DNA of 64,000 nt from an uncultured Sphaerobacteraceae bacterium (GCA_964371945.1 CAYJPA010000011.1:12391-76390); one strand, 5' to 3'. Numbered from the stretch's first letter, positions 1 through 11,193 are shown. The notes: a model not told the origin generated them from the letters alone. Program-made: numbers and translations.

Positions 1-141
1 CCGGCTCGCGCTCCCGTGCCATGTTTTTGCTACGCCCCATCCATGAAAGTTGTATCGTTTGTGACACGTTCAGACTAGGCTGGACACGAACGCGGCGATC
101 CGCGAGGACGGGACCCTCGCCGGAAGGAAAGGGGCGGTCCG

Positions 142-378
142 ATGCGCTATGTAATGACCTTTCTTGTGCCCGAATGGGCCGCGATCGCCGGCGCACTTGA
201 GGCCGGTGGGGTTTCGGTCGAGACGGGTCTGGTAGAGCGTATCCGCGCGGCGGTTGCGCATCAGCGGGTGGGATGCGCATGCGCCGTCAGTATCGACCTT
301 AGTTCTGCCGACGCCGACGCTGTGCAGGCGGCCCACGCGACGGTCGATACGGTCGCTGTCGACGCGCTCGACAGCTGA
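142..378 (+). CDS. hypothetical small protein (78 aa)
   Basis: ATG ORF with purine-rich GGAAGGAAAGGGG about 8 nt upstream. Third codon positions are G/C-rich. The overlapping antisense ORF 70..384 is an Arg-rich shadow. No recognisable motif. Confidence 0.35.
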   Translation: MRYVMTFLVPEWAAIAGALEAGGVSVETGLVERIRAAVAHQRVGCACAVSIDLSSADADAVQAAHATVDTVAVDALDS

Positions 379-462
379 CCTCATCCCGACGACGCGCCCT
401 GTCGTCCGGACACCGGAATCTGCACCGATCCTCGGACGACTAGATACGACAGGAGGAGTCGC

Positions 463-714
463 ATGGCTATAGCCGCTCAGTTCGCGCTCTATCCGCTTCG
501 CGAGGCCCGCCTGACGCCGGTCCTGGCAAAGGCGCTCGCCGCCGCCCGCTCGACCGGTGCAACTGTTGAACCCGGTGCAATGGCGAGCCTCCTATCGGGA
601 ACAGAGGAGCAGGTCTTCGCCGCGCTGCGGGCGGCCTTTGCTGCTGCGGCAACTTCTGGCGACGTCGTGCTCGTCACGACCGTGTCCAATGCCTGCCCCG
701 TCGGCCCGGCGTGA
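463..714 (+). CDS. YkoF/MTH1187-like (DUF77-type) small ligand-binding protein
   Basis: 83 aa. QFALYPL near the N-terminus and TTVSNACP near the C-terminus resemble the YkoF/MTH1187 family. AGGAGGAG lies just upstream of the ATG. Confidence 0.55.
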   Translation: MAIAAQFALYPLREARLTPVLAKALAAARSTGATVEPGAMASLLSGTEEQVFAALRAAFAAAATSGDVVLVTTVSNACPVGPA

Positions 715-1394
715 CTTCGATGGACCTGCCAGCTCGCGGCGATGGGACAGGGAGCATTTTCGATCGGCAGGCAGAGCGCTACGACGCCTGGTATGACACG
801 GTTCGGGGCGCTGGACTGTTCGCCGAAGAGCTGCGGGCGCTGCGGCCGTTGGCAGATACACTGCCGCGGCCTTGGCTTGAGATCGGCGTCGGAACGGGCC
901 GCTTCGCGGCCGCGCTACATATCGAGGTGGGTGTAGATCCTGCCCTCGGCGCGCTCCGACTGGCGCGGCATCGTCGCATCGCCGTCGTCGCGGCGCGCGG
1001 TGAAGCTCTACCGTTCCGTACAGGTAGCTTTGGCGCCGCGTTTATCCTATTGACTCTGTGCTTTGTTGAAGATCAATCGGCGGTCTTGCGCGAGGCGGCG
1101 CGGGTCGTGCGGCCCGGTGGCGGCATCGTGCTCGGATTTGTACCAGCCGAGAGTCGATGGGGCAAACACTATCAATTGCTGGCGACACGCGACGACTCAT
1201 TCTACCGGAATGCTCGCTTCCTACGTCAGACCCAGATGCTCACACTGCTCGACACGGCCGGATTGCGATCTATCCGCTGGCGATCCGCACTTCTTTGGCC
1301 GCCGGACTCCGACCCCTCCGCCACCCCGATAGTGCGCGAAGGCGCAGTCCCGCGGGCTGGCTTCATCGCCGTCTTGGCAGTCCACGCGGGTTGA
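711..1394 (+). CDS. class I SAM-dependent methyltransferase (type 11)
   Basis: LEIGVGTGRFA glycine-rich SAM motif, then the RPGG post-II region. GTG start overlaps the previous stop (GTGA). ATG at 720 is an alternative. Confidence 0.8.
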   Translation: MTSMDLPARGDGTGSIFDRQAERYDAWYDTVRGAGLFAEELRALRPLADTLPRPWLEIGVGTGRFAAALHIEVGVDPALGALRLARHRRIAVVAARGEALPFRTGSFGAAFILLTLCFVEDQSAVLREAARVVRPGGGIVLGFVPAESRWGKHYQLLATRDDSFYRNARFLRQTQMLTLLDTAGLRSIRWRSALLWPPDSDPSATPIVREGAVPRAGFIAVLAVHAG

Positions 1395-1425
1395 TTGGAA
1401 TTGGTCAATTCGTGGTTGAACCGCC

Positions 1426-2169
1426 TTATGCTGCCAGCCGACCGACCACCCAAATCAGAGCAACCCCCGAAAGCAGGAGCAAGAGCTGGTCCCGAATCTC
1501 CGTCCGCTTAGCACGCGCGTGGAGAACCGGAACGAGGTCGGCCAGCGCGACATAGAGGAACCCGCCCGCGGCCAGCGCCAGCGCCACTCCGGCCGCGGGA
1601 TCGATTCGATCCGCGAGCAGGTTTCCGGCCATGACACCCGGGAAGATCGTCGCCGCCGAGAGTAGGTTGTAGGCCAATGCCCTGGCTGGCGAGAGCCCTC
1701 CCTCCAGCAGTAGCGCGAAATCCCCAACCTCTTGCGGCACCTCGTGCGCCAGCACGGCGATACCAGTCATCACTCCAAGCCGGGGATCGGCGATGAAGGC
1801 GGCACCTATGATCAGCCCGTCGCTGAAATTGTGGAAGCCGTCGCCGACAAGGATCAAGTACCCCGTCGTGGTGTGAACCGGACAGACAGGGTCATGGCAG
1901 TGCCGCCAAAGCAGCGTCTTCTCGAGGAGGAAGAAAAGAAGGACCCCCACCAACGCCAGAGCCATCGCCGATCGCGCGGAGATCTCCTCCGTCGCCTCCG
2001 GAAAGAGGCCGAGAAACGCGGCCGCCAGCAATGTACCGGCCGCGAAGGCGAGCAGCGCAGGCACGACCTCCGGCCAGGACCGCTTCACCCGCAGAACGAG
2101 AACGGCGCCCAGGACGACACCCGAGGCCCCGATCAGCCCGAAAACCATGCCGAGCAGCAATCGCGTCAT
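1426..2169 (-). CDS. ZIP family divalent metal transporter
   Basis: Multi-TM 247 aa with HNFSDGLIIG and HEVPQEVGDF motifs typical of ZupT/ZIP permeases. Confidence 0.85.
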   Translation of the reverse strand: MTRLLLGMVFGLIGASGVVLGAVLVLRVKRSWPEVVPALLAFAAGTLLAAAFLGLFPEATEEISARSAMALALVGVLLFFLLEKTLLWRHCHDPVCPVHTTTGYLILVGDGFHNFSDGLIIGAAFIADPRLGVMTGIAVLAHEVPQEVGDFALLLEGGLSPARALAYNLLSAATIFPGVMAGNLLADRIDPAAGVALALAAGGFLYVALADLVPVLHARAKRTEIRDQLLLLLSGVALIWVVGRLAA

Positions 2170-2203
2170 CGCGGAGTTCCTGCCACGCCGACACTTCCGT
2201 CGT

Positions 2204-2740
2204 TCAGGCCGACGCGCCCGCGCGCGCCACCGCTTCGCGTACGCAGCGCGCCTCGTGCCGCAACATGATCTGGCAGACCGCGTCGGCCCGCTCTGGGTCG
2301 GTCATCACCACAACAAGGATCTCCTCCGGCTTGAGCGGGATCTCGTACTTGTGCTCGGTGTCCTCGAGGTGATGCACTTCGGCAGTCAGCCCCAGATACG
2401 CCCCCGTGATCGCCCCCCAGAGTGCTCCGACGTGCCCGCCGAACAACAGCACCCCTCCAATGCCAATCACGCCGACTCCCGGTGCGGCCAGCGCGACGAT
2501 TGCAATCCCGGCGAGCGCCCCCAGCGGCGTCCCGATGAGGATGCCGTGAGTCAACCCCTTCAGGGCCTCGTGCGCGCTATCGTCCATCAGGTGGTGGTGA
2601 GCCGGGTCGGGCACGATCACCCCCATCTCGTCGTCTGCAAAACCCAGCGCCCGGAGTTCGGCCAGCGCCGCCTCCGCCTGCTCACGCGTGCTGAAGACAA
2701 CCGGCACCACTCCTTCGAGCGCTGCGATTTTCGCGTCCAT
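2204..2740 (-). CDS. hypothetical membrane protein (Gly-rich TM core flanked by small soluble domains)
   Basis: Start taken at MDAKIAALEG (ATG 2740, GAAAGG upstream). Central GILIGTPLGALAGIAIVALAAPGVGVIGIGGVLLFGG hydrophobic segment. The longer track ORF start at 2809 is Arg-rich. Confidence 0.5.
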   Translation of the reverse strand: MDAKIAALEGVVPVVFSTREQAEAALAELRALGFADDEMGVIVPDPAHHHLMDDSAHEALKGLTHGILIGTPLGALAGIAIVALAAPGVGVIGIGGVLLFGGHVGALWGAITGAYLGLTAEVHHLEDTEHKYEIPLKPEEILVVVMTDPERADAVCQIMLRHEARCVREAVARAGASA

Positions 2741-2754
2741 AACCTTTCTTCTAG

Positions 2755-2994
2755 CTAAACGTGATCGCGAATCCACCCCGGAGCGTCGCTGGCCGGGAAG
2801 GATTCCCATGACGACTCCTCGACAGCGTCTGGCCGCGGTTCCGTCATGCCGGTCGCTTCATGCCCGCGCCGCCGTGCACCGGCTATGGCCAAGATGACGA
2901 GCGTTCCGACGAGCGCCACGGTAACGATCCCCCGGCGGCATGGGCGACGAACTTGTTGATCGCGCATGGGCTTGAACCTTATCCGCTCACTCAC
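2755..2994 (-). CDS. small protein with one TM segment and C-terminal ESFPASDAP motif
   Basis: GTG 2994 or ATG 2967 start. The SFPASD(P/A)P motif recurs in small uncharacterised bacterial proteins. Stop lies 15 nt before the next gene start. Confidence 0.4.
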   Translation of the reverse strand: MSERIRFKPMRDQQVRRPCRRGIVTVALVGTLVILAIAGARRRGHEATGMTEPRPDAVEESSWESFPASDAPGWIRDHV

Positions 2995-3404
2995 GGCAAT
3001 CCTGTCGCCAAATGACGGTGATCCGTCGACATGCCGAGCCTACAAGACCCCGCGTGGCATCGGCATCGACGACACAAGCCCCGGCGTGACGATCGCGTGT
3101 CAGCCATCGCCTTTGCCCACTAGACTGTTCTGATCCAGCACCATTTCATGGGCGCTTCTATGCCGCGATGACTAGCACCGTCCCACATGTTGCCGCATCC
3201 TCATATCCGAAATACCCGGGCGAGTGTCCTCACAACCTCCCTCTCTTCGCTTATTCTCGCGTGGCGATCACTGACGAGCGCATCGACTTTGCGATAATCC
3301 GTTGTCGGAATAGGTTGCTCCCGGCGGGGCAGATCAGCAAGGATAAGATTCTGCCCAGGGGAACAGCGGCGAGACGCGCCCGCTTCGGATCCGAGGTTGC
3401 CACC

Positions 3405-5888
3405 ATGTCTTCCAGCAGCGTAGTAATCGAGCTCACTCCAGATCAGCTTTGCCGCCGGGTCCAACCAGAGAATTTGTCCTTTGCCACGACCGCGGACGTT
3501 GCGCCGTTGACCACAACCATCGGCCAGCCGCGCGCGCTGGACGCGATCGAATTCGGGCTTGAGACACGAACGCGAGGGTTCAACCTCTTCGTTGCGGGCA
3601 CGCACGGTTCCGGCAGGGAATCGACGGTCCGCGAAGCGATCGCGACCGTTGCGGCCGGCCGGCCGACGCCTCCCGACTGGGTTTATGTCCACAACTTCAT
3701 CGACCCCGACCGGCCGGTCGCCATCTCGTTTCCAGCGGGCCAGGGCCGGGCGTTTGCCGACGCCGTACACGCGTTGCTCCAGTCGCTCCAAAAGGAGATT
3801 CCGCGGGCACTCGAAAGCGAGGAAGTTCAGCGTCGCCGCGACGCCATCATCGAAGAAGTGTCGGTCCTGCGCTCGGTCGCGCTCGCCGCGCTCCAACGCT
3901 TTGCGGCCGCGCGGGAGTTCTCACTGGAGATGACCCCAACCGGCATCATCAGTTTCGCCCTCATCGACGGCAAGCCGATCGTCGGTGAGGAATTCGCCAA
4001 GCTTCCGGAAGAAAAGCGCCTTTCGATCGAACAGCGCGGCGCCGAGGTCCAGGCAGAAGTGGCCACCGCGCTCCGGCAATTCCGGCAAATCGACAAAGCA
4101 ACCGCCGAGCGCCTCAAGCAGCTCGAGCTCGACGTGGTTGCCTTCGCCACTGGCCATTTCTTCGAGACGCTGCGCGAGGCTTATTCGACGAACAAGATCG
4201 CGCTTGCATTCCTCGAGCAGCTTCAGGCGGATATCCCCGACCACCTTCATGACTTCCAGCCGCCGGCGCCGTCTTCCTCCACCGCGTCCGGCACACCGGA
4301 TATGCAAACGCTTCAGCGCAACGAGCACCTCGGCAGGTACCAGGTGAACGTGTTGGTCGACAACAGCCAGACTCGCGGCGCGCCCGTGATCTTCGAGCGC
4401 AATCCGACCTTTGCCAACCTGGTCGGCCGCGTTGACTATCGGGCCGTCTTTGGCGCAATGGTCACGGATTTTCGAGAAATCAAGCCGGGCGCCCTGCACC
4501 GCGCCAACGGCGGATTCCTCGCCCTCCGCGTGGTCGATATTCTCTCGAACGCGCTCGCCTGGGAAACGCTCAAACGAGCACTCTTCAGTCAGGCAATCGC
4601 GATCGAGAGCATCGCCGAGCAACTCTCGATGCTCCCGACCGCTCGACTGCGGCCCGAACCGATCCCGCTCGACACAAAGGTTATTTTGATCGGGTCTCCG
4701 GCTCACTATCAGCTGCTCTACCGGTTTGACGAGGACTTCGCTGAGCTCTTCGGCGTCCGCGCCGACTTCGCGCCCGATATGATCTGGTCCGATCAGCACA
4801 TCAACGACTACGCGGCATTCATTAGCCGGCAGGTACGTGAGCATGGTTTGGTCCACTTCGACCCCGCGGCCGTTGCACTTGTGGTCGAATACGGTGCGCG
4901 TTCGCGCGACGATCAGCGTAGACTCACGACCTACTTCCTGGACATCGCCAATCTCGTGGTCGAGGCGAGCCACTGGGCGACAAAATCCGGTCACGATCCG
5001 GTTATGGCATCCGATGTCGAAAAAGCGATCGCGAAACGGGTCTACCGCTCAAACCTCGTTGAGGAGCGATTCCACGATCTCATCGCCGACCGCACGATCG
5101 CAATTGAGACCGAGGGCGAACGGATCGCTCAGGTCAACGGGCTTTCAATCGTCAGTCTCGGCGACTACATGTTCGGCCAGCCGTCCCGCATCTCGGCCCG
5201 GGTCGCGGTTGGTCGTGGCACCATCCAGAGCATTGAGCGCGAGATCGAGCTTTCGGGACCCATTCACTCCAAGGGCGTGCTTATCTTGTCCGGGTATCTT
5301 CAGGGTCAGTACGGGTACGACCAACCGCTCGCGATGAGCGCGACAATCACATTCGAGCAGTCGTACAACGAGGTGGAAGGCGATTCGGCCTCGTCGACCG
5401 AGCTCTATGCGCTTCTGTCGGCCCTTTCCGAGCTGCCGCTAAAGCAAGGGATCGCGGTTACTGGATCCGTCAATCAGCATGGCGAAATCCAGGCCGTCGG
5501 CGGGGTGACGCGCAAGATCGAAGGCTTCTTCGAAGTCTGCAAAGTTCGCGGTCTGACTGGCGATCAGGGGGTCATCATCCCGGCGACGAATGTCAACCAA
5601 CTGATGCTTGTCGAAGACATCGTCCAGGCTGTGCGGGAAGGTCGTTTTCATATTTGGCCGGTTCATCATGTCGACGAAGGGATTTCGCTCCTCACGGGAG
5701 TCGAAGCTGGACAACGTCGCGCGGACGGTTCATACCCGGACGGTTCGGTCCATCAACTTGTGGTCAAGCGGCTTGCGCGTTTCTTCGAGCAGGCGCGCGT
5801 CGCGGCCGGTGGTAACGGACTGGCGCTGGACGGCCGGAAGAAGCCAACCGCAAAAACAAAACGCCGGTCAGAAGCCCGCCCGGTTTGA
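3405..5888 (+). CDS. Lon-like serine protease, LonC-type (AAA-like domain with degenerate Walker motifs)
   Basis: C-terminal Lon protease domain (VEGDSASSTELYALLSAL Ser motif, GGVTRKIEGFF Lys motif). Walker A reads GTHGSGRES (no Lys). The Walker B position reads GGFLALRVVD (no DE). Start taken at Met80 of the track ORF (ATG 3405). Confidence 0.8.
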   Translation: MSSSSVVIELTPDQLCRRVQPENLSFATTADVAPLTTTIGQPRALDAIEFGLETRTRGFNLFVAGTHGSGRESTVREAIATVAAGRPTPPDWVYVHNFIDPDRPVAISFPAGQGRAFADAVHALLQSLQKEIPRALESEEVQRRRDAIIEEVSVLRSVALAALQRFAAAREFSLEMTPTGIISFALIDGKPIVGEEFAKLPEEKRLSIEQRGAEVQAEVATALRQFRQIDKATAERLKQLELDVVAFATGHFFETLREAYSTNKIALAFLEQLQADIPDHLHDFQPPAPSSSTASGTPDMQTLQRNEHLGRYQVNVLVDNSQTRGAPVIFERNPTFANLVGRVDYRAVFGAMVTDFREIKPGALHRANGGFLALRVVDILSNALAWETLKRALFSQAIAIESIAEQLSMLPTARLRPEPIPLDTKVILIGSPAHYQLLYRFDEDFAELFGVRADFAPDMIWSDQHINDYAAFISRQVREHGLVHFDPAAVALVVEYGARSRDDQRRLTTYFLDIANLVVEASHWATKSGHDPVMASDVEKAIAKRVYRSNLVEERFHDLIADRTIAIETEGERIAQVNGLSIVSLGDYMFGQPSRISARVAVGRGTIQSIEREIELSGPIHSKGVLILSGYLQGQYGYDQPLAMSATITFEQSYNEVEGDSASSTELYALLSALSELPLKQGIAVTGSVNQHGEIQAVGGVTRKIEGFFEVCKVRGLTGDQGVIIPATNVNQLMLVEDIVQAVREGRFHIWPVHHVDEGISLLTGVEAGQRRADGSYPDGSVHQLVVKRLARFFEQARVAAGGNGLALDGRKKPTAKTKRRSEARPV

Positions 5889-5945
5889 CGGCAACGCGCG
5901 CATGCTCCGATTAAGGAACAATCGGGCAGAGGCATGGTGTGAGCA

Positions 5946-6530
5946 ATGGTGCAAAAGAAACTGCTTGAAGCCGGTGATGCGCTCTTGATCGTGGATGTCC
6001 AGAACGATTTCTGCCCGGGCGGAGCCCTGCCCGTTCCGGAAGGCGATCTCGTCGTGCCCGTTCTCAACACATGGATCGATGCCGCGGTAGAAGCGGGCGT
6101 TCCCATCTATGCCTCGCGCGATTGGCATCCGGCTTCGCATCAGAGTTTCAGGGAGCATGGCGGACCGTGGCCCCCGCACTGCGTCCAGGGCACCGACGGC
6201 GCGGCATTTCACCCGGCTTTGCGGCTTCCGCCTGAAGTAGTTGTCGTGAGCAAAGGCGTGGAGCCAGACGACGTCGGCTACTCCATGTTTGAAGAGACTG
6301 GGCTGAAAGAATTGCTGCAGCGTGCTGGGGTGCGACGCGTTTGGGTTGGCGGCCTGGCGCGCGACTACTGCGTCAGCGCCAGCGTTCTCGACGGGCTCCA
6401 GCGCGGTTTCGACGTGCGGGTCATCGTGCCCGGCACCCGGGGAATCGTTCAGCCCGCGGCCGGACCCGACCCCGCCCTCGAAGAAATGGAACGCGCCGGC
6501 GCTGTTCTCGACGAGCGCACCCGGATCTGA
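5946..6530 (+). CDS. pncA: nicotinamidase/pyrazinamidase (isochorismatase family)
   Basis: LLIVDVQNDFCPGGALPV, SRDWHP, and the catalytic Cys context LARDYCV. Confidence 0.8.
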   Translation: MVQKKLLEAGDALLIVDVQNDFCPGGALPVPEGDLVVPVLNTWIDAAVEAGVPIYASRDWHPASHQSFREHGGPWPPHCVQGTDGAAFHPALRLPPEVVVVSKGVEPDDVGYSMFEETGLKELLQRAGVRRVWVGGLARDYCVSASVLDGLQRGFDVRVIVPGTRGIVQPAAGPDPALEEMERAGAVLDERTRI

Positions 6531-6559
6531 TCAATCCCGCCCGCGCACACGCGGCTCGG

Positions 6560-6823
6560 TCAACCGGTGGGAGCCGCGTTCGTCACCCATGGCGTGAGAT
6601 AGGCAATCGCGCCGCCGAGCGTCGCGAGCTTCGGGTAATCGGGCTCCGGAATATCGACACCAAGTGCCGCGTGGAGACCGATCACGAAATTGAGGAAGTC
6701 GAACGAGTCGATGTCGAGCTGCTCGCGAATCTCGACGTCGTCCGCGAGCGCATCCAGATCGGCCTCGGGCGCGATGCGGCTGAGCACCTTCAGAACCGCT
6801 GCTCTGATCTCTTCAGTATTCAT
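6560..6823 (-). CDS. stand-alone acyl/peptidyl carrier protein
   Basis: 87 aa from ATG 6823. Phosphopantetheine-site-like motif [16 protein letters not shown] overlap with the E2 stop (6820..6823). Confidence 0.75.
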   Translation of the reverse strand: MNTEEIRAAVLKVLSRIAPEADLDALADDVEIREQLDIDSFDFLNFVIGLHAALGVDIPEPDYPKLATLGGAIAYLTPWVTNAAPTG

Positions 6824-8034
6824 AGTTTCTCTGGCTCCTGGAGAAGACGATCGATCGCCGCGAGGAAGAGCCCGCCGCGGTGACCGTCGCTCACGCGGTG
6901 ATCGGCCGCGAGTGATGCGGTCATAACCGGCCGGACTCCGAGTAGTCCGTCGATCGCCCACGGCCGCTCGACGATCTTGCCAAAACCGACGAGCGCGACC
7001 TGCGGCGGATAGATGACGCCGTAGACGGACGGCACGCCCTGTTCGCCGAGATTGGTGACGGTAATCGTGGGATCGCTGATCTCGGAGCTGCGCAGCTTGC
7101 CGGTGCGAGCGCGCATAATCAGGTCGCGCAACTTCGCCATGAGCTCATCCAGATTGAGCAGATCGGTGTGATGAATGGCAGGAGCAACGAGTCCACCCTG
7201 TCGCAGCGAGATCGCGACTCCGATATGGACAGCATCGCTTGGTTGGAATCCGTCCGCCGTGTAGAACCCATTGACCTCCGGAACATCGCGCATCGCCAGC
7301 GCCACGGCCTTCAGAAGGAGCACCGGATAAAGGAGCCGGTCGGTCACCGGGCGCTTCGCATTCGCGGTCTCCAGCCAATCGAGTGCTCGCCTCATGTCGA
7401 TATCCGTGCCAAGGTAATAGTGCGGTATCTCGCGATTGGAACGGCTCATTGCCGCGGCGATTGCGGCCCGCATTGCGACCTGACGGGCAACCGTCGCCGG
7501 CACGGCCTCAGGTGTGAGAACCGGAGTAACGGCCTCGACTACTTTCAGCGGAGCCGCCGCGGCGTGCTCGACATCGGCAACGCTGATCGCTCCACCGGGG
7601 CGCGTTCCATGAACGGCGGTCAAATCGACGCCGAGCTCCTGGGCACGACGCCGGGCTAGCGGAGAGGCATGGATTCGGCCATGTGCACCCTCGGCCGGCG
7701 CGGCCTCAGCAGGTGGTACTAGGACAGGTGCCGGGGCCGGCCGCTCCTCCGCGGGTGCAGCGATGACGGTAGGCACCGCCGTTTGAGGCACGTTTATGCC
7801 ACCCCCGTTGAGCAAAGCCAGCACAGCGCCGACCGGTGCCTCCATCCCTTCCGGGATGACCAGTTGGGAAATGTCGCCGCTGTCGTAGATCTCGACATCG
7901 ATGGCGCCCTTCTGCGTTTCGACCACCGCCACGATGTCGCCACGGTTGACGTGATCGCCAGGTTTGACCAGCCATTGCACAAGGGTGCCCGACTCCATGT
8001 CGGCTCCAAGCGATGGCATGCGAAACTCAGCCAT
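6820..8034 (-). CDS. 2-oxoacid dehydrogenase E2 (dihydrolipoamide acyltransferase), AcoC/PdhC-like
   Basis: Start [16 protein letters not shown] (ATG 8034). Single lipoyl domain ([11 protein letters not shown]), Ala/Pro linker, catalytic domain with the DHRVSDG motif. The upstream part of the track ORF is an Arg/Ser-rich artefact. Confidence 0.85.
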   Translation of the reverse strand: MAEFRMPSLGADMESGTLVQWLVKPGDHVNRGDIVAVVETQKGAIDVEIYDSGDISQLVIPEGMEAPVGAVLALLNGGGINVPQTAVPTVIAAPAEERPAPAPVLVPPAEAAPAEGAHGRIHASPLARRRAQELGVDLTAVHGTRPGGAISVADVEHAAAAPLKVVEAVTPVLTPEAVPATVARQVAMRAAIAAAMSRSNREIPHYYLGTDIDMRRALDWLETANAKRPVTDRLLYPVLLLKAVALAMRDVPEVNGFYTADGFQPSDAVHIGVAISLRQGGLVAPAIHHTDLLNLDELMAKLRDLIMRARTGKLRSSEISDPTITVTNLGEQGVPSVYGVIYPPQVALVGFGKIVERPWAIDGLLGVRPVMTASLAADHRVSDGHRGGLFLAAIDRLLQEPEKL

Positions 8035-9037
8035 GATTCCCCACCGCCTCTCGCACCGCTTGCGCGATCGTTGCCGGCCGCGGTAGCGCCGCCTGTTCCA
8101 AATGGGCCGCGTACGGAATCGGGACTTCAGCGCCGCAGACGCGTCCGACTGGTGCATCGAGCTCGTAGAACGCGCCTTCCATGATCCGGGCGCTGATTTC
8201 GGCCGAGATCCCGCCGCTTCGCCAGCCTTCGTCGACGATGACGACGTGATGCGTGCGGCCAACCGATTCGAGGATTGCCTCAGTGTCGAGCGGCCGGAGA
8301 ACGCGGAGATCGACCACCTCTGCCTCGATGCCCTCGGCAGCCAGCACCTCGGCCGCCGCCAGCGATTTGTGAAGTCCGCCACCGTAGGTGAGGAGGCTGA
8401 CATCCTTTCCTGCTCTACGGATCGCCGCGTGCGCGATGTCGACCGGTTCGTCGTCGGCCGGCAAATCGCCCTCCATCGGATAGAGAAACGCATTCTCGAA
8501 AATCAGAACCGGGTCAGGGTCTTCCAACGCGGGCCAGAGCATGCCGCGAAAATCCTCGACCGTTGCCGGCGCGAGCACCTTGATGCCGGGAATGTGGGCG
8601 TACCAGCCTTCCAAACTGTGCGAATGCTGAGCCGCAAGCTGACGTCCACCGCCGGTCGCCATCCTGATGACCAACGGCACGTTGAACTGACCGCCGGACA
8701 TATGAAGGATGGTCGCCGCGTTGTTCATGATCTGATCGAGTGCGAGCAAGCTGAAGTTGCAGGTCATGATCTCGACGATCGGCCGCATGCCGGCGAGGGC
8801 GGCGCCGATTCCGGCTCCGACGAAGGCCGATTCAGACAGCGGCGTGTCGCGGATACGCTCTGGCCCGAATTCGGCCAATAAACCCTTGCTGACGGCATAG
8901 CAGCCGCCGTACATCCCGACATCTTCGCCCATCAGAAAAACGCGATCGTCTCGCAGCAGCGCCTCGCGAATCGCGCTCTTTGCCGCCTCACGGTAGGTCA
9001 GATGCACCGCCGCGGGTGCCTCGATCGTTGCGGTCAT
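8027..9037 (-). CDS. 2-oxoacid (pyruvate/acetoin) dehydrogenase E1 beta subunit
   Basis: Transketolase-like pyrimidine-binding and C-terminal domains ([20 protein letters not shown]). ATGA overlap with the E1 alpha stop and 8-nt overlap with the E2 start. Confidence 0.9.
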   Translation of the reverse strand: MTATIEAPAAVHLTYREAAKSAIREALLRDDRVFLMGEDVGMYGGCYAVSKGLLAEFGPERIRDTPLSESAFVGAGIGAALAGMRPIVEIMTCNFSLLALDQIMNNAATILHMSGGQFNVPLVIRMATGGGRQLAAQHSHSLEGWYAHIPGIKVLAPATVEDFRGMLWPALEDPDPVLIFENAFLYPMEGDLPADDEPVDIAHAAIRRAGKDVSLLTYGGGLHKSLAAAEVLAAEGIEAEVVDLRVLRPLDTEAILESVGRTHHVVIVDEGWRSGGISAEISARIMEGAFYELDAPVGRVCGAEVPIPYAAHLEQAALPRPATIAQAVREAVGNHG

Positions 9038-10092
9038 GACACGCCCCCGTTCTGAAGGCTGCCGGCGAACGCCTTGGGCATCCCGTTCCCCGAATAGACG
9101 AAGCGGGTGAGATCCTCCACCGGCTCCCATGTGCCGGCGCCGGCGAAATCGACAGATGCCTGAACCTCGGCGGCGATTTGAGCCTCGATGCGGTCCAGAT
9201 CCTGATCTGTGAGCAGACCGGCGTCCTTGAGCTTCGCCTCAAAAGTGGCGATTGGACAGCGCTTTTTCCACTCCTCGACCTCGGTCTTCTCCCGGTAGAG
9301 CTCCGGGTCGTACATCGAGTGCGCCCGGAATCGATACGTCCGAAATTCGAGAAAGACGGGGCCGTTACCGGCTCGAATCCCTGCCACGGCCTTACGCACC
9401 GCTTCTTCGACAGCCAGTACATCCATCCCATCAATGGTCTCCGCCGGAACCCCGTAGCTTCTTGCCTTAGTCGCTAGATCGACCTGAGACTGGGACCGCG
9501 CCAACGCCGTTCCCATCGCGTACAGATTGTTCTCACAGCAGAAGAGCAAGGGGAGCTGCCAGAGATCGGCGAGGTTCATGCTCTCGTGAAATTCACCCTC
9601 GGCGACGGCGCCCTCTCCGAAAAAGCAGGCGGTCACGTTGGGACGTCCGCGCATCTTGTCGGCCAGTGCAAGCCCCACTGAAACCGGCAGCCCACCGCCG
9701 ACAATGGCATTGCCGCCGAAGAAGTTCGTCGCCTTGTCAAACAGATGCATTGAGCCGCCGCGCCCCCGGCTGCATCCCTCCACTTTTCCGAACATTTCGG
9801 CCATCACCGCGTTCATCGACATGCCGCGCGCCAATGCCTGGCCGTGCTCGCGATAGGTGGCAACAATCCCGTCGTCGGCCGTCAGCGCTTGCATGACTCC
9901 CGTGGCGATTGCCTCTTCGCCGATGTAGAGGTGAAGAAACCCGCGAATCTTCGCCTGGGTGTACATCTCGGCGCACTTTTCTTCGAATCGCCGGATTCGA
10001 AGCATCTCCGTGAGAAGGTGAAGGCCGTGTTCTCGATCAATGCCGATTGGCGCCGTTTTCGGTTTCCGTTTTGACTTGGTTGCGGTCGCCAT
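9034..10092 (-). CDS. 2-oxoacid (pyruvate/acetoin) dehydrogenase E1 alpha subunit, TPP-dependent
   Basis: [15 protein letters not shown], the GGNAIVGGG...[18 protein letters not shown]-binding motif, and [10 protein letters not shown]. Confidence 0.9.
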   Translation of the reverse strand: MATATKSKRKPKTAPIGIDREHGLHLLTEMLRIRRFEEKCAEMYTQAKIRGFLHLYIGEEAIATGVMQALTADDGIVATYREHGQALARGMSMNAVMAEMFGKVEGCSRGRGGSMHLFDKATNFFGGNAIVGGGLPVSVGLALADKMRGRPNVTACFFGEGAVAEGEFHESMNLADLWQLPLLFCCENNLYAMGTALARSQSQVDLATKARSYGVPAETIDGMDVLAVEEAVRKAVAGIRAGNGPVFLEFRTYRFRAHSMYDPELYREKTEVEEWKKRCPIATFEAKLKDAGLLTDQDLDRIEAQIAAEVQASVDFAGAGTWEPVEDLTRFVYSGNGMPKAFAGSLQNGGVS

Positions 10093-10117
10093 TGCTCGTT
10101 CTCCGTCGCGAATGTTC

Positions 10118-11191
10118 CTAGTCGATTGTTCCGCCGGCGGTCTGGACTGCTTTCAGCACGCGGCAGGCTCGCAAGGTGACCCATTTGCTCGGCTGCCCCT
10201 GCTTCTCGAAGTCGACCCAGGTTTTGCCGTTGTACGCGTACTGGTTCTTCCAGCGACTCTGACCGTCTTGCTTTCCAAGGAGCCATGAGAGCGCTGGTTT
10301 CAGTCGCGGGTCGCTGCCGTGATCCAGTTCGCAGAGGATCTCGAGGTTCTGGAGCACGTCCGCGACATAGCCAGACGGGAAGCCGAGCCTGAACCAGGAG
10401 CCGTTCGGTTTCGTATTGCCCCACCCCGCCGGATAGTCTGCAATCACTGGATCGCGGCTCAACAGGAATTCGACCCCCTGATCGATCGCGCGTTGCACGT
10501 ACGGCTCGCGCATCTCCGGCGGGATCGCCGCAAGTCCCTTGAGCGCCTTGATCGCGCCCCACGCGCACGGAAGCCCCTCATTTGCGGCGCAGCAGAACCC
10601 AGGTCCACTCGTCCCGGAACGCAAGTAGCGGTCGAAGTCTTCACCGGTGATGGACCGGGCCTGCCAGTCGATAACACGCTGGATTCGCGGATCATCCAGC
10701 CAGCCGAAATGAATCAGCGCGCGCAGGAGGTTGCCGTTGAGACAGTGAATGACATGTGAAGGTGGCGGAGCAGATTCGCCAAGGCACCCCGAGGCGCCGA
10801 ATCCACCTGTTGTAGCCTGGGCATGCGAGAGCACATAGTCGCAACCAGTCCGCACGCGATCGTCGGTTCCGTCAGCGCCAAGCTGATCGAGGAAGATGAT
10901 CTGCCAGACGGTTCCGCGGTACTTTGGACTGTAGCCTGGACCGGGTTTGACCCAGTACCCGTCAGGATGCTGTGCGGCCAAAATCGCCGCGATCGGATCG
11001 GACCGCATGGCCGCCATGCTCGCGGCGCGAACGTCAGGATCGTCTGCCGGCAAGTCGAATAGGTCGCTCAGCGCCTGATGCCTGACGGCCGGGGAGTCAT
11101 GCTCGAGCAGCCAATGAACAGGATCGGCATTGAGCACAGAAGACCAATGCGCTCGAGCCCTCAATTTGGTGGTCATCGATGACAGAGTCAT
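10118..11191 (-). CDS. hypothetical protein, possible alpha/alpha-toroid (terpenoid cyclase/prenyltransferase-like) repeat fold
   Basis: 357 aa with recurring DGxW/GxW-type segments ([20 protein letters not shown]). Function unknown. Sits 2 nt after the acsA stop. Confidence 0.55.
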   Translation of the reverse strand: MTLSSMTTKLRARAHWSSVLNADPVHWLLEHDSPAVRHQALSDLFDLPADDPDVRAASMAAMRSDPIAAILAAQHPDGYWVKPGPGYSPKYRGTVWQIIFLDQLGADGTDDRVRTGCDYVLSHAQATTGGFGASGCLGESAPPPSHVIHCLNGNLLRALIHFGWLDDPRIQRVIDWQARSITGEDFDRYLRSGTSGPGFCCAANEGLPCAWGAIKALKGLAAIPPEMREPYVQRAIDQGVEFLLSRDPVIADYPAGWGNTKPNGSWFRLGFPSGYVADVLQNLEILCELDHGSDPRLKPALSWLLGKQDGQSRWKNQYAYNGKTWVDFEKQGQPSKWVTLRACRVLKAVQTAGGTID

Positions 11192-11193
11192 CT

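Noticed and set aside
1-141. Possible TPP riboswitch upstream of the YkoF-like gene region
   Set aside because: I could not find the conserved CUGAGA / ACCUGAUCUGGAUAAUGCCAGCG-type core elements by eye. An Rfam scan would be needed to be sure.
3921-4994. 357-aa minus-strand ORF antisense to the Lon-like protease gene
   Set aside because: Typical high-G+C shadow ORF. It has Arg/Gly/Leu-rich low-complexity translation and no motif, and it is fully contained within a well-supported gene on the other strand.
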